64,000 bases of DNA, taken from NCBI GenBank assembly GCA_040954595.2, contig CM082586.2, forward strand, positions 9,765,337 through 9,829,336. Reading direction: 5' to 3'. Under the pieces are notes generated by a model that saw only the letters and a program-made list of their open reading frames with translations, had not been told where the DNA came from and searched no databases. Shown here in pieces: positions 1 to 15,050 of the stretch; the first letter of the stretch is position 1, and every line of letters begins with the position of its first letter. The position numbers and the translations under genes are program-made. The stretch is from Balanoglossus misakiensis. Taxonomy: Eukaryota; Animalia; Hemichordata.

Positions 1-3000
1 CATCATGATAGATGGTGTTTCAAGCCCTTCACATTGACTTTTGAATATAATGCATATGGGGATTTAAAGTTGATTGTAAATCCCTAGGTTAATACATGGC
101 CAAAAGCACTTTTATTTGACATTGCTAATGCAACGGTGACATTGAATCTGATTCTATGCATCAGGGTAAATGGCGATACAGGCTTGATGATGCATCACGG
201 TAGATAGTGATGCAAACAGTTCACTTTGACATGGGTATTAAATGCATATGGGGATTTCAAGTTGATTACAAATCCCTGGGTTAATACGCATCCAAAAGCA
301 CTGTAATTTGACATTGCTAATGAAATGGTGACATTGAATGTAATTCTTTGCATTAGGGGAAATGTCTAAAAAGCTTAATGATGCATTGGAGTAGATGGTG
401 ATGCAAGCTATGCATTTTGACATAGGTATTTAATGCATGTGCATGGGTATTTAATGTTGACTGTAAATCCCTAGGTTAATACATGTCCAAAAGCACTGTA
501 ATTTAAAATTGCTAATGCAAGGGTGACATTGAATCTGATTCTTTGCATCAGGGCAAATTCTGAAGAATGCTTGATGATGCACCAGGGTCAATGGTGATGC
601 AATCACTAAGCTTTGACACCGGGGTTTAAAATGTATACATGGGGATTAAAAGTTGACTGAAAATCCCTGGGTTAATACAAGTCCAAAAGCACTATAATTT
701 AAAATTGCTAATGCAATGGTGACATTGAATGTGATTCTTTGCATTAGGGGAAATGGCTTAGCAAGCCTAATGGTGCATCAGAGTAGATGGTGATGCAAGC
801 TCTGCACTTTGACATAGGTATTTAATGCATATGCATGGGTGTTTGATGTTGACTGTAAATCCTCAGGTTAATACGTGGCCATAAGCACTGTAATTTGACA
901 TTGCTAATGCTACAGTGACATTGAATCTGATTCTTTGCATTAGGGCAAATGGCGAAGCAAGCTTGATGATGCATCACGGTAAATATTGATGCAAACACTT
1001 CACTTTGACATGGGTATTTAATGCATGTGCATTGATATTTAAAGTTGACTCTAAATCCCGAGGTTAACACATGGCCAAAAGCACTGTAATTTAAAATTAC
1101 TAATGCAAGGGTGACATTGAATATGGATAAATGGTGAAGCAAGCTTGATGATGCATCATGATAGATTGTGTTTCAAGCCCTTCACATTGACATTGGAATA
1201 TAACGCATAAGGGGATTTAAAGTTGATTGTAAATCCTCAGGTTAATACGTGGCCATAAGCAATGTAATTTGACATTGCTAATGCAACGATGATATTGAAT
1301 CTGATTCTTTGCATCAGGGTAAATGGCGATGCAAGCTTGATGATGCATCCCGGTAGATAGTGATGCAAACACTTCACTTTGACATGGGTATTTAATGCAT
1401 GCACATTGATATTTAAAGTTGACTCTAAATCCCGAGGTTAATACATGGCCAAAAGCACTGTAATTTAAAATTACTAATGCAAGCGTGACATTGAATATGG
1501 ATAAATGGTGAAGCAAACGTGATGATGCATCAGGATAGATGGTGTTTGAAGCCCTTCACATTGACTTTTGAATATAATGCATATGGGGATTTCAAGTTGA
1601 TTGTAAATCCCTAGGTTAATACATGGCCAAAAGCACTTTTATTTGACATTGCTAATGCAACGGTGACATTGAATCTAATTCTATGCATCAGGGTAAATGG
1701 CGATACAGGCTTGATGATGCATCACGGTAGATAGTGATGCAAACAGTTCACTTTGACATGGGTATTAAATGCATATGGGGATTTCAAGTTGATTACAAAT
1801 CCCTGGGTTAATACGCATCCAAAAGCACTGTAATTTGACATTGCTAATGCAACGGTGACATTGAATCTGATTCTATGCATAAGGGTAAATGGCGATGCAG
1901 GCTTGATGATGCATCACGGTAGATAGTGATGCATACAGTTCACTTTGACATGGGTATTAAATGCATATGGGGATTTCAAGTTGATTACAAATCCTTGGGT
2001 TAATACGCATCCAAAAGCACTGTAATTTGACATTGCTAATGAAATGGTGACATTGAATGTAATTCTTTGCATTAGGGGAAATGGCTAAGCAAGGTTAATG
2101 ATGCATTGGAGTAGATGGTGATGCAAGCTATGCATTTTGACATAGGTATTTAATGCATGTGCATGGGTATTTAATGTTGACTGTAAATCCCTGGGTTAAT
2201 ACAAGTCCAAAAGCACCGTAATTTGACATTGATAATACAACGGTGATATTTAATCTGATTCTTTGCATCAGGGCAAATGGTGAAGCAAGCTTAATGATGC
2301 ATCGGAGTATATGGTGATGCAAGCTCTGCATTTTGACATAGGTATTAAATGTATATGCATGGGTATTTAAAGTTGTCTGTAAATCCCCAGGTTAATACGT
2401 GGCCATAATCACTGTAATTTGACATTGCGAATGCAACAGTGACATTTAATCTGATTCTTTGCATTAAGGCAAATGGCGAAGCATGCTTGACGATGCATTA
2501 CTGTAGATAGTGGTGCAAACACTTGGCTTTGACATGGGTATAAAAAGCATATGGGGATTTCAAGTAGATTATAAATCCCTGTGTTAATACGTGTCCAAAA
2601 GCACTGTAATTTGACATTGCTAATGCAATGTTGACACTATATCTGAGTCTTTGCATCAGGGCAAATGGCGAAGCAGCTTGATGATGCATCAGGATAGATG
2701 GTGATGCAAGCTCTGCACTTTGACATGGGGATTAAATGCATGCTGAGGGGGATTTAAAGTTGTCAAAACAAACTTGATGATGCATCAGGGTAGATGGTAT
2801 TTCAAGCCTTTCACATTGACATTGGAATATAACGCATATGGGGATTTAAAGTTGATTGTAAATCCCCAGGTTGATACGTGGCCATAAGCACTGTGGTTTG
2901 ACATTGCTAATGCTACCGTGACATTGAATGTGATCCTATGCATCAGGGTAAATGGCGATACAGGCTTGATGATGCATCACAGTAGATAGTGATGCAAACA

Positions 3001-6000
3001 GTTCACTTTGACATGGGTATTAAATGCATATGGGGATTTGAATTTGATTACAAATCCCTGGGTTAATACGCGTCCAAAAGCAATGTAATATGACATTGCT
3101 AATGAAATGGTGACATTGAATGTAATTCTTTGCATTAGGGGAAATGGCTGAGCAAGCTTAATGATGCATTGGAGTAGATGGTGATGCAAGCTATGCATTG
3201 TGACATAGGTATTTAATGCATGTGCATGGGTATTTAATGTTGACTGTAAATCCCCAGGTTAATACATGTCCAAAAGCACTGTAATTTGACATTGATAATA
3301 CAACGGTGACATTTAATCTGATTCTTTGCATCAGGGCAAATGGTGAAGCAAGCTTAATGATGCATCGGAGTATATGGTGATGCAAGCTCTGCATTTTGAC
3401 ATAGGTATTAAATGTATATGCATGGGTATTTAAAGTTGTCTGTAAATCCCCAGATTAATATGTGGCCATAATCACTGTAATTTGACATTGCTAATGCTAC
3501 CGTGATACTAAATCTGATTCTTTGCATCAGGGTAAATTGTGAAGCAAGCTTGATGATGTATCATGATAGATGGTGTTTCAAGCCCTTCACATTGACATTG
3601 GAATATAACGCATATGGGGATTTAAAGTTGATTGTAAATCCCCAGGTTAATACATGGCCAAAAGCACTGTAATTTAAAATTGCTAATGCAATGGGTGACA
3701 TTGAATGTGATTCTTTGCATTAGGGGAAATGGCGTAGCAAGCCTAATGGTGCATCAGAGTAGATGGTGATGCAAGCTCTGCACTTTGACATAGGTATTTA
3801 ATGCATATGCATGGGTATTTAATGTTGACTGTAAATCCTCAGGTTAATACGTGGCCATAAGCACTGTAATTTGACATTGCTAATGCAATGGTGACATTGA
3901 ATGTGATTCTTTGCATCAGGGCAAATGGCGAAGCAGCTTGATGATGCATCAGGATAGATGGTGATGCAAGCTCTGCACTTTGACATGGGGATTAAATGCA
4001 TGCTGAGGGGGATTTAAAGTTGTCAAAACAAACTTGATGATGCATCAGGGTAGATGGTATTTCAAGCCTTTCACATTGACATTGGAATATAACGCATATG
4101 GGGATTTAAAGTTGATTGTAAATCCCCAGGTTGATACGTGGCCATAAGCACTGTGGTTTGACATTGCTAATGCTACCGTGACATTGAATGTGATCCTATG
4201 CATCAGGGTAAATGGCGATACAGGCTTGATGATGCATCACAGTAGATAGTGATGCAAACAGTTCACTTTGACATGGGTATTAAATGCATATGGGGATTTG
4301 AATTTGATTACAAATCCCTGGGTTAATACGCGTCCAAAAGCAATGTAATATGACATTGCTAATGAAATGGTGACATTGAATGTAATTCTTTGCATTAGGG
4401 GAAATGGCTGAGCAAGCTTAATGATGCATTGGAGTAGATGGTGATGCAAGCTATGCATTGTGACATAGGTATTTAATGCATGTGCATGGGTATTTAATGT
4501 TGACTGTAAATCCCCAGGTTAATACATGTCCAAAAGCACTGTAATTTGACATTGATAATACAACGGTGACATTTAATCTGATTCTTTGCATCAGGGCAAA
4601 TGGTGAAGCAAGCTTAATGATGCATCGGAGTATATGGTGATGCAAGCTCTGCATTTTGACATAGGTATTAAATGTATATGCATGGGTATTTAAAGTTGTC
4701 TGTAAATCCCCAGATTAATATGTGGCCATAATCACTGTAATTTGACATTGCTAATGCTACCGTGATACTAAATCTGATTCTTTGCATCAGGGTAAATTGT
4801 GAAGCAAGCTTGATGATGTATCATGATAGATGGTGTTTCAAGCCTTTCACATTGACATTGGAATATAACGCATATGGGGATTTAAAGTTGATTGTAAATC
4901 CCCAGGTTAATACATGGCCAAAAGCACTGTAATTTAAAATTGCTAATGCAATGGTGACATTGAATGTGATTCTTTGCATTAGGGGAAATGGCGTAGCAAG
5001 CCTAATGGTGCATCAGAGTAGATGGTGATGCAAGCTCTGCACTTTGACATAGGTATTTAATGCATATGCATGGGTATTTAATGTTGACTGTAAATCCTCA
5101 GGTTAATACGTGGCCATAAGCACTGTAATTTGACATTGCTAATGCAATGGTGACATTGAATGTGATTCTTTGCATCAGGGTGAATGGCGAAGCAGCTTGA
5201 TGATGCATCAGGATAGATGGTGATGCAAGCTCTGCACTTTGACATGGGGATTAAATGCATGCTGAGGGGGATTTAAAGTTGTCAAAACAAACTTGATGAT
5301 GCATCAGGGTAGATGGTATTTCAAGCCTTTCACATTGACATTGGAATATAACGCATATGGGGATTTAAAGTTGATTGTAAATCCCCAGGTTGATACGTGG
5401 CCATAAGCACTGTGGTTTGACATTGCTAATGCTACCGTGACATTGAATGTGATCCTATGCATCAGGGTAAATGGCGATACAGGCTTGATGATGCATCACA
5501 GTAGATAGTGATGCAAACAGTTCGCTTTGACATGGGTATTAAATGCATATGGGGATTTGAATTTGATTACAAATCCCTGGGTTAATACGCGTCCAAAAGC
5601 AATGTAATATGACATTGCTAATGAAATGGTGACATTGAATGTAATTCTTTGCATTAGGGGAAATGGCTGAGCAAGCTTAATGATGCATTGGAGTAGATGG
5701 TGATGCAAGCTATGCATTGTGACATAGGTATTTAATGCATGTGCATGGGTATTTAATGTTGACTGTAAATCCCCAGGTTAATACATGTCCAAAAGCACTG
5801 TAATTTGACATTGATAATACAACGGTGACATTTAATCTGATTCTTTGCATCAGGGCAAATGGTGAAACAAGCTTAATGATGCATCGGAGTATATGGTGAT
5901 GCAAGCTCTGCATTTTGACATAGGTATTAAATGTATATGCATGGGTATTTAAAGTTGTCTGTAAATCCCCAGATTAATATGTGGCCATAATCACTGTAAT

Positions 6001-9000
6001 TTGACATTGCTAATGCTACCGTGATACTAAATCTGATTCTTTGCATCAGGGTAAATTGTGAAGCAAGCTTGATGATGTATCATGATAGATGGTGTTTCAA
6101 GCCCTTCACATTGACATTGGAATATAACGCATATGGGGATTTAAAGTTGATTGTAAATCCCCAGGTTAATACATGGCCAAAAGCACTGTAATTTAAAATT
6201 GCTAATGCAATGGTGACATTGAATGTGATTCTTTGCATTAGGGGAAATGGCGTAGCAAGCCTAATGGTGCATCAGAGTAGATGGTGATGCAAGCTCTGCA
6301 CTTTGACATAGGTATTTAATGCATATGCATGGGTATTTAATGTTGACTGTAAATCCTCAGGTTAATACGTGGCCATAAGCACTGTAATTTGACATTGCTA
6401 ATGCAATGGTGACATTGAATGTGATTCTTTGCATCAGGGTGAATGGCGAAGCAGCTTGATGATGCATCAGGATAGATGGTGATGCAAGCTCTGCACTTTG
6501 ACATGGGGATTAAATGCATGCTGAGGGGGATTTAAAGTTGTCAAAACAAACTTGATGATGCATCAGGGTAGATGGTATTTCAAGCCCTTCACATAGACAT
6601 TGGAACATAATGCATATGGGGATTTAAAGTTGATTGTAAATTCCTAGGTTAATACGTGGCCAAAAGCACTGTAGTTTAACATTGCGAATGCAACGATGAC
6701 ATTGAATGTGATCCAATGCATCAGGGTAAATGGCGATACAGGCTTGATGATGCATCACAGTAGATAGTGATGCAAACAGTTCGCTTTGACATGGGTATTA
6801 AATGCATATGGGGATTTCAAGTTGATTACAAATCCCTGGGTTAATACGCGTCCAAAAGCAATGTAATATGACATTGCTAATGAAATGGTGACATTGAATG
6901 TAATTCTTTGCATTAGGGGAAATGGCTAAGCAAGCTTAATGATGCATTGGAGTAGATGGTGATGCAAGCTATGCATTGTGAGATAGGTATTTAATGCATG
7001 TGCATGGGTATTTAATGTTGACTGTAAATCCCTAGGTTAATACATGTCCAAAAGCACTGTAATTTTAAATTGCTAATGCAAGGGTGACATTGAATCTAAT
7101 TCTTTGCATCAGGGCAAATTCTGAAGAATGCTTGATGATGCACCAGGGTCAATGGTGATGCAATCACTAAATTTTTACACCGGGGTTTAAAATGTATACA
7201 GGGGGATTAAAAGTTGACTGAAAATCCCTGGGTTAATACAAGTCCAAAAGCACCGTAATTTGACATTGATAATACAACGGTGACATTTAATCTGATTCTT
7301 TGCATCAGGGCAAATGGTGAAGCAAGCTTAATGATGCATTGGAGTAGATGGTGATGCAAGCTATGCATTGTGACATAGGTATTTAATGCATGTGCATGGG
7401 TATTTAATGTTGACTGTAAATCCCCAGGTTAATACGTGGCCATAATCACTGTAATTTGACATTGCTAATGCTACCGTGATACTAAATCTGATTGTTTGCA
7501 TCAGGGTAAATTGTGAAGCAAGCTTGATGATATATCATGATAGATGGTGTTTCAAGACCTTCACATTGACATTGGAATATAACGCATATGGGGATTTAAA
7601 GTTGATTGTAAATCCCCAGGTTAATACATGGCCAAAAGCACTGTAATTTAAAATTGCTAATGCAATGGTGACATTGAATGTGATTCTTTGCATTAGGGGA
7701 AATGGCGTAGCAAGCCTAATGGTGCATCAGAGTAGATGGTGATGCAAGCTCTGCACTTTGACATAGGTATTTAATGTATATGCATGGGTATTTAATGTTG
7801 ACAGTAAATCCTCAGGTTAATATGTGGCCATAAGCACTGTAATTTGACATTGCTAATGCAACGATGATATTGAATCTTATTTTTTGCATCAGGGTAAACG
7901 GCGATGCAAGCTTGATGATGCATCTCGGTAGATAGTGATGCAAACACTTCACTTTGACATGGGTGTTAAATGCATATGAGGATTTGCTAATGCTACCGTG
8001 ACACTAAATCTGATTCTTTGCATCAGGGAAAATGGTGAAGCAAGCTTGATGATGCATCAGGATAGATGGTGTTTCAAGCCCTTCACATTGACATTAGAAT
8101 ATAATGCATATGGGGATTTAAAGTTGATTGTAAATCCCCAGGTTAGTATACGGCCAAACGCACAATAATTTGATATTGCTAATGCAACAGTGACATTGAA
8201 TCTGATTCTTTGCATTAGGGCAAATGGTGAAGCAAGCTTAATGATGCATTGGAGGAGATGGTGATGCAAGCTATGCATTGTGACATAGGTATTTAATGCA
8301 TGTGCATGGGTATTTAATGTTGACTGTAAATCCCCAGGTTAATACGTGGCCATAATCACTGTAATTTGACATTGCTAATGCTACCGTGATACTAAATCTG
8401 ATTGTTTGCATCAGGGTAAATTGTGAAGCAAGCTTGATGATGTATCATGATAGATGGTGTTTCAAGACCTACACATTGACATTGGAATATAACGCATATG
8501 GGGATTTAAAGTTGATTGTAAATCCCCAGGTTAATACATGGCCAAAAGCACTGTAATTTAAAATTGCTAATGCAATGGTGACATTGAATGTGATTCTTTG
8601 CATTAGGGGAAATGGCGTAGCAAGCCTAATGGTGCATCAGAGTAGATGGTGATGCAAGCTCTGCACTTTGACATAGGTATTTAATGCATATGCATGGGTA
8701 TTTAATGTTGACTGTAAATCCTCAGGTTAATACGTGGCCATAAGCACTGTAATTTGACATTGCTAATGCAATGGTGATATTGAATCTTATTCTTTGCATC
8801 AGGGTAAATGGCGATGCAAGCTTGATGATGCATCTCGGTAGATAGTGATGCAAACACTTCACTTTGACATGGGTGTTAAATGCATATGAGGATTTGCTAA
8901 TGCTACCGTGACACTAAATCTGATTCTTTGCATCAGGGAAAATGGTGAAGCAAGCTTGATGATGCATCAGGATAGATGGTGTTTCAAGCCCTTCACATTG

Positions 9001-11757
9001 ACATTAGAATATAATGCATATGGGGATTTAAAGTTGATTGTAAATCCCCAGGTTAGTATACGGCCAAACGCACAATAATTTGATATTGCTAATGCAACAG
9101 TGACATTGAATCTGATTCTTTGCATTAGGGCAAATGGCGAAGCAAGCTTGATGATGCATCACGGTAGATATTGATGCAAGCACTTCGCTTTGACATAGGT
9201 ATAAAATTCATATGGGGATTTCAAGTTGATTATAAATCCCTGGGTTAATATGTGGCCGAAAGCACTTTTATTTGCCATTGCTAATGCTATGGCGACACTA
9301 AATCTGATTCTTTGCATCAGGGTAAATTGTGAAGAAAGCTTGATGATGCATCAGTATAGATGGTGTTTCAAGCCGTTCAAGTTAACATTGCAATATAATG
9401 CATATGGGGATTTAAAGTTGATTGTAAACCCCCAAGTTAATACATGGCCAAACGCTTAGTAAATTGACATTGCTAATGCTATGGTGACACTGATTATTTG
9501 CATCAGGGTTAATGGCGAAACAAACTTGATGATGCATCAGGGTAGATGGTATTTCAAGCCCTTCACATTGACATTGGCATATAATGCATATGGGGATTTA
9601 AAGTTGAGTGTAAATCCCTAGGTTAATACATAGCCAAAAGCACTGTAATTTGACATGGCTAATGCTACTGTGATACTAAATCTGATTCTTTGCATCAGGG
9701 CATATAGCGAAGCATGCTTGATGATGCATCAGGATCAATGGTGACATGCGTATTTAATGCATATGCACTGATGTTTAAAGTTGACTGTAAATCGCCAGGT
9801 TAATATGTGGCCAAAAGCACAGTAATTTGACATTGCGAATGCAATGGTGACATGGAATCTGATTCTTTGCATTACGGCAAATGGCGAAGCATGCTTGACG
9901 ATGCATTACTGTAGGTAGTGATGCAAACACTTCGCTTTGACATGGGTATAAAAAGCATATGGGGATTTCAAGTTGATTATAAATCCCGATGTTAATACAT
10001 GGCCAAAAGCACTGTAATTTGACATTGCTAATGCAATGGTGACACTATATCTGATTCTTTGCATCAGGGCAAATGGCGAAGCAGCTTGATGATGCATCAG
10101 GATAGATGGTGATGCAAGCTCTGCACTTTGACATGGGTATAAAATGCTTGCTGAGGGGGATTTAAAGTTGTCGAAACAAACTTGATGATGCATCAGGGTA
10201 GATGGTATTTCAAGCCCTTCACATTGACATTGGAATATAGTGCATATGGGGATTTAAAATTGATTGTAAATCCCCAGGTTAATACGTGGCCAAAAGCACT
10301 GTAATTTGACATTGCTAATGCAATGGTGACACTATATCTGATTCTTTGCATCAGGGCAAATGCCGAAGCAGCTTGATGATGCATCAGGATAGATGGTGAT
10401 GCAAGCTCTGCACTTTGAAATGGGTATAAAATGCTTGCTGAGGGGGATTTAAAGTTGTCGAAACAAATTTGATGATGCATCAGGGTAGATGGTATTTCAA
10501 GCCCATCACATTGACATTGGAATATAATGCATATAGGGATTTCAAGTAGATTATAAATCCCTGTGTTAATACGTGTCCAAAAGCACTGTAATTTGACATT
10601 GCTAATGCAATGGTGACACTATATCTGATTCTTTGCATCAGGGCAAATGGCGAAGCAGCTTGATGATGCATCAGGATAGATGGTGATGCAGGCTCTGCAC
10701 TTTGACATGGGTATAAAATGCTTGCTGAGGGGGATTTAAAGTTGTCGAAACAAACTTGATGATGCATCATGATAGATGGTATTTCAAGCCCTTCACATTG
10801 ACATTGGAATATAGTGCATATGGGGATTTAAAGTTGATTGTAAATCCCTAGGTTAATAATGGCCAAAAGCACTTTTATTTGACATTGCTAATGCAATGGT
10901 GACACTATATCTGATTCTTTGCATCAGGGCAAATGGCGATACAGGCTTGACGATGCATCACGGTAGATAGTGATGCAAACACTTCGCTTTGACATGGGTA
11001 TAAAAAGCATATGGGGATTTCAAGTTGATTATAAATCCCGATGTTTATACATGGCCAAAAGCACTGTAATTTGACATTGCTAATGCAATGGTGACATTGA
11101 ATCTGATTCTTTGCATCAGCGTAAATGGCGAAGCATGCTTGATGATGCATCACAGTAGATAGTGCTGCAAACACTTCGCTTAGACATGGGTATAAAAAGC
11201 ATATAGGGATTTCAAGTTGATTATAAATCCCTGTGTTAATACGTGTCCAAAAGCACTGTAATTTGACATTGCTAATGCAATGGTGACACTATATCTGATT
11301 CTTTGCATCAGGGCAAATGGCGAAGCAGCTTGATGATGCATCGTAGTATATGGTGATGCAAGCTCTGCATTTTGACATAGGTATTAAATGTATATGCATG
11401 GGTATTTAAAGTTGTCTGTAAATCCCCAGGTTAATATGTGTCCAAAAGCACTGTAATTTGACATTGCTAACGCAATGGTGACACTATATCTGATTCTTTG
11501 CATCAGGGCAAATGGCGAAGCAGCTTGATGATGCATCAGGATAGATGGTGATGCAAGCTCTGCACTTTGACATGGGTATAAAATGCTTGCTGAGGGGAAT
11601 TTAAAGTTGTCGAAACAAACTTGATGATGCATCAGGGTAGATGGTATTTCAAGCCCTTCACATTGACATTGGAATATAGTGCATATGGGGATTTAAAGTG
11701 AACTCTAAATCCCCAGGTTAATACGTGGCCAAGAGCACTGTAATTTGACATTTCTAA
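1..11757. repeat. Satellite DNA array, ~192-196-bp AT-rich monomer with higher-order repeats (continues off the left edge)
   Basis: The motif (T)GATGCATC..GATAGATGG recurs at 1, 193, 384, 580... Diverged monomer types reappear with 1259/1260-, 910- and 287-bp periods. The many short His/Cys-rich ORFs here are repeat translations. Confidence 0.97.
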
Positions 11758-11898
11758 TGATGGTGAGATGTTGTTTGCTCCCCAGGGAGTTGAATGGAAT
11801 AGTAAGGTCCAACGACCTAGGTCAAATTACCATGGGACAACTTTAAAGCATGTTGAGATTTAATGTGCTACATAAGTTATAAATATTATATTAATATT

Positions 11899-12533
11899 TA
11901 GGGGTTATTACACGAATTTTGGTCGATAACGCGTTGTATTCGAGTGATGTCCGTATTTTGATGAGTTGCGCTTCGCAACGAGTCAAAATACGGACATCAC
12001 GAGAATGCGTCGCGTTATCGACCAAAATTCGTGTAATAACCTCTTTATCATACATGCCTACCTATAAAACAGTACGATTTGCAGAAATGCGCCGAGAAAA
12101 ACAATTTCAAATTTGAACCGGGCGCTGGGATCACAGTAGTAGCCATGTTGTGACGTATGACGTGTGGGCCGTAGTATCATTTTAAGGGGGTTGGCAGCTT
12201 TCATTACGATGGGCACATCCGCATTCTAAATAAAATTGTCTACGTTCTCTTTCAAAATATCATGTTAACAATTATTTTGCATTGAGAATTTCGAAGAACT
12301 AAAAATGATGCATTCAACATGACAAAACCGCCAGCTTTGAAAACTTTATTACAGCTTCTAATAACCGAATTTTACAACACCCCTCTCCACTATGCCCCGT
12401 GTGTCGCTCGCGCGCGCAGTGAACTGTCACACCGAGACGCGGACACGATATTTTCACATTGTGAAATACCGTAAAATATCTTCGGGGCGAGAACAATAGA
12501 AAGTGTTAAATACTGGCGTTGCATGTATGATAA
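11899..12533. mobile_element. Non-autonomous element with a long terminal hairpin and asymmetric short inverted repeats (Helentron/Crypton-like, class unresolved)
   Basis: Near-perfect palindrome at 11903-12041. TTATCATACATGC (12045-12057) is inverted at 12521-12533. The paralogous flanks at ~13830-13860 and ~14540-14560 lack the insertion (empty sites). Confidence 0.75.
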
Positions 12534-13918
12534 TAATACATAAACAACACTCTTACTTAGCTAAGGAAGTGGTCAGGTGAAATATATTTGCAGAGCTGAC
12601 CAATTCTTTAAGGAAAATTAAAGTTGGGTATTTTGGATGTATTCATACCTACAAACTGTGTTATGTATGGGACATTGATGTTGCCTAATACATCTCCACA
12701 TTAACTTGAATTCTTAACGGCAGCTATACAAGGCAGCGTATGGAAAGATCATTGTAAGACATACACAACACTTTTAGGGAGCATGGGAAATGTTCATGAG
12801 AACTGTGTTCTCGGAGCTCACAAACTGTGTTATGAGAAATTCAAGCTGCTAAACTTGCGTGTCTCTAAATTGACTGAAACTGTGATTATGAGCCAAAGAA
12901 GGCAACGTATAGGAATGTCATTCTACCACATACTGTTACTCAACACTTCTATTAAGCATGGGAAATAGTATTGAGAACAGTATTCTCAAAGTTGACAAAC
13001 TGTGTTATGTGTAGAATATCCAAATTGCCTAATTGGCAATCGTTAGCAACCAGTTGTCTTCAAGAGGGTTTGGGGCACCAACCTCAACATGCTTTAGTCT
13101 TTAGTGATCTAGCAAGTTAGCCTGCATATCGAGCAACTGTTAATGGAGTGAGTTGCTCAATGATAGGAAACTCCTTTGTTCATTTTCAAAATAACCAAAA
13201 ATGTGAACAAAACACACTGAATTATGTATGGGATATATGGGATTGCCTAATTTGCGTGTCTCCACATTTACTTAAACTCTCACAGGGAGACAAATGTCAC
13301 AGCAGACGGAAAAATGATTATGCCACACAACACTTTTATTTAGCACGGGAACTGGTCTTGGGAAATGGGAGCTGACGCACTGAATTTTTGGAAATTCAAA
13401 GAGCCTAATATGCACGTTTCCATATTTGCTTAAACTCTGACTGGGAGCTGAACAAGGCACTAAATGGAAAGGTCATTGAGCCACATAAAGTCATAGTCCA
13501 GTCGTTAGAGCATCAGACCCATAATCAAAGAATCAAGAGTTTGATCCCTGGCATGGTTGTGGTGTTGTGTCCTCTAGCAAGGCAATTTACATCTCCTTGC
13601 CTCTCCCCGCCCATAAGAAAATGGTAATTTGGTGGATCGGATATTGTAATGTGTATGTTCAGGTCAGCTGTGCTGATATAAAAGCTGCACATGTGAGCTG
13701 TTGTTTGCTCCCCATGGAGTGGGATGGAATATTTTAGGTCCAACGACCTAGGTCAAATTACCATGGGAAACACTTCAAAGCAGCACATTGAGATTTATTG
13801 CATAATGTGCTATATAAGTAATAAATATTATATTGATATTATTACATAAACAACACTCTTACTTAGCAAAGGGAGTGGTCAGGTGAACTATATTCGCAGA
13901 GCTGACCAATTGTTTTAA

Positions 13919-14252
13919 GGAGCAAAGTCTCTCTTTCGCCGCCTTTTTTCAATTAATTAAGTTTGATACAAGAACCCGTTTATGTTTTTCTACATGTGGC
14001 TATATAGTGAATCAACATTCAACCAACAACTTTCATCCCGTTTGTAGAATATGAGAGTAAAAATCTCGCCAAAATGAATAAATGGTAAACACAGATTATT
14101 CATTTTGGCGAGTTTTTTCATTCTTGTGTGTACAAGTGGGGTGGAAGTTGTGTTTGGTCGAACATTGATTCACTATACAGCCAACATAAACGATGTCTTG
14201 TATCAAACATAATTAATGGTAAAAAGGGCAGCGAGAGAGACACTTTGTCCCT
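13919..14252. mobile_element. Kolobok-family foldback MITE, TTAA TSD
   Basis: TTAA at 13915-13918 and 14253-14256. Arms are inverted and similar to the Kolobok left end at 16012. The empty TTAA site is seen in the paralogous sequence at ~12608. Confidence 0.85.
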
Positions 14253-14312
14253 TTAAGTAAAATTCAAGTTGTGTAATGTGGACGTATTCACATTTACAAA
14301 CTGTTTTATAGT

Positions 14313-15050
14313 CACATGGGGATTAAATGCATATGCATGTGTATTTAAAGTTAACTGTAAATCCCCAGGTTAATACGTGGCCAAAAGCACTGTAATTTGA
14401 CATTTCTAATAATGGTGAGATGTTGTTTGCTCCCCAGGGAGTTGAATGGAATATTTATGTCCAACGACCTAAATCAAATGACCATGGGACAACTTTAAAG
14501 CACATTGAGATTTAATGTGCTACATACGTTATAAATATTATATTAATATTATTACATAACAAACTTTCTTGCTTAGCAAAGGAATTGGTCAGGTGAAATA
14601 TATTCGCACATCTGACCAATTATTTAAGGAATATTAAAGTTGGGTAATTTGGACGTATTCATATGGGTGTTGGTCAATGGAAAGTCCTTTGTTCATTTTC
14701 AAAATGGCAACCAAAAATGCGAACAAAACACACTGAATTCTGTACGGGATATTGATGTTGCCTAAATTGCGTGTTTCCACATTTACTTAAACTCTCACAT
14801 GGAGACAAATGTCACAGCAAACGGAAAAATGACTATGCTACACACAACACTTTTATTGATCATGGGAAATGTTCATGAGAATTGTGTTACTTTTCGGGGC
14901 TCACGAACTGTGTTATGGGAAATCTGACAAGGAATCTTAACTGTACCACATACACAACACTTTTATTAAGCGTGGGAAATGGTCCTGAGAACAATATTCT
15001 CAGAGCTGACAAACTGTGTTATGTGAAATTCATGTTGCCTATTTCATGAT
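14313..15050 (+). repeat. Diverged duplicate of the satellite terminus and its flank (paralogous to ~11690-13370 and ~13700-13915)
   Basis: A partial satellite monomer followed by GGTGAGATGTTGTTTGCTCCCCAGGGAGTTGAATGGAAT... matches 11690-11898 and 12534-12650. Confidence 0.8.

Noticed and set aside
238-11632. Many 60-106-aa His/Cys-rich minus-strand ORFs
   Set aside because: Translations of satellite monomers; frames and stops vary with monomer type.
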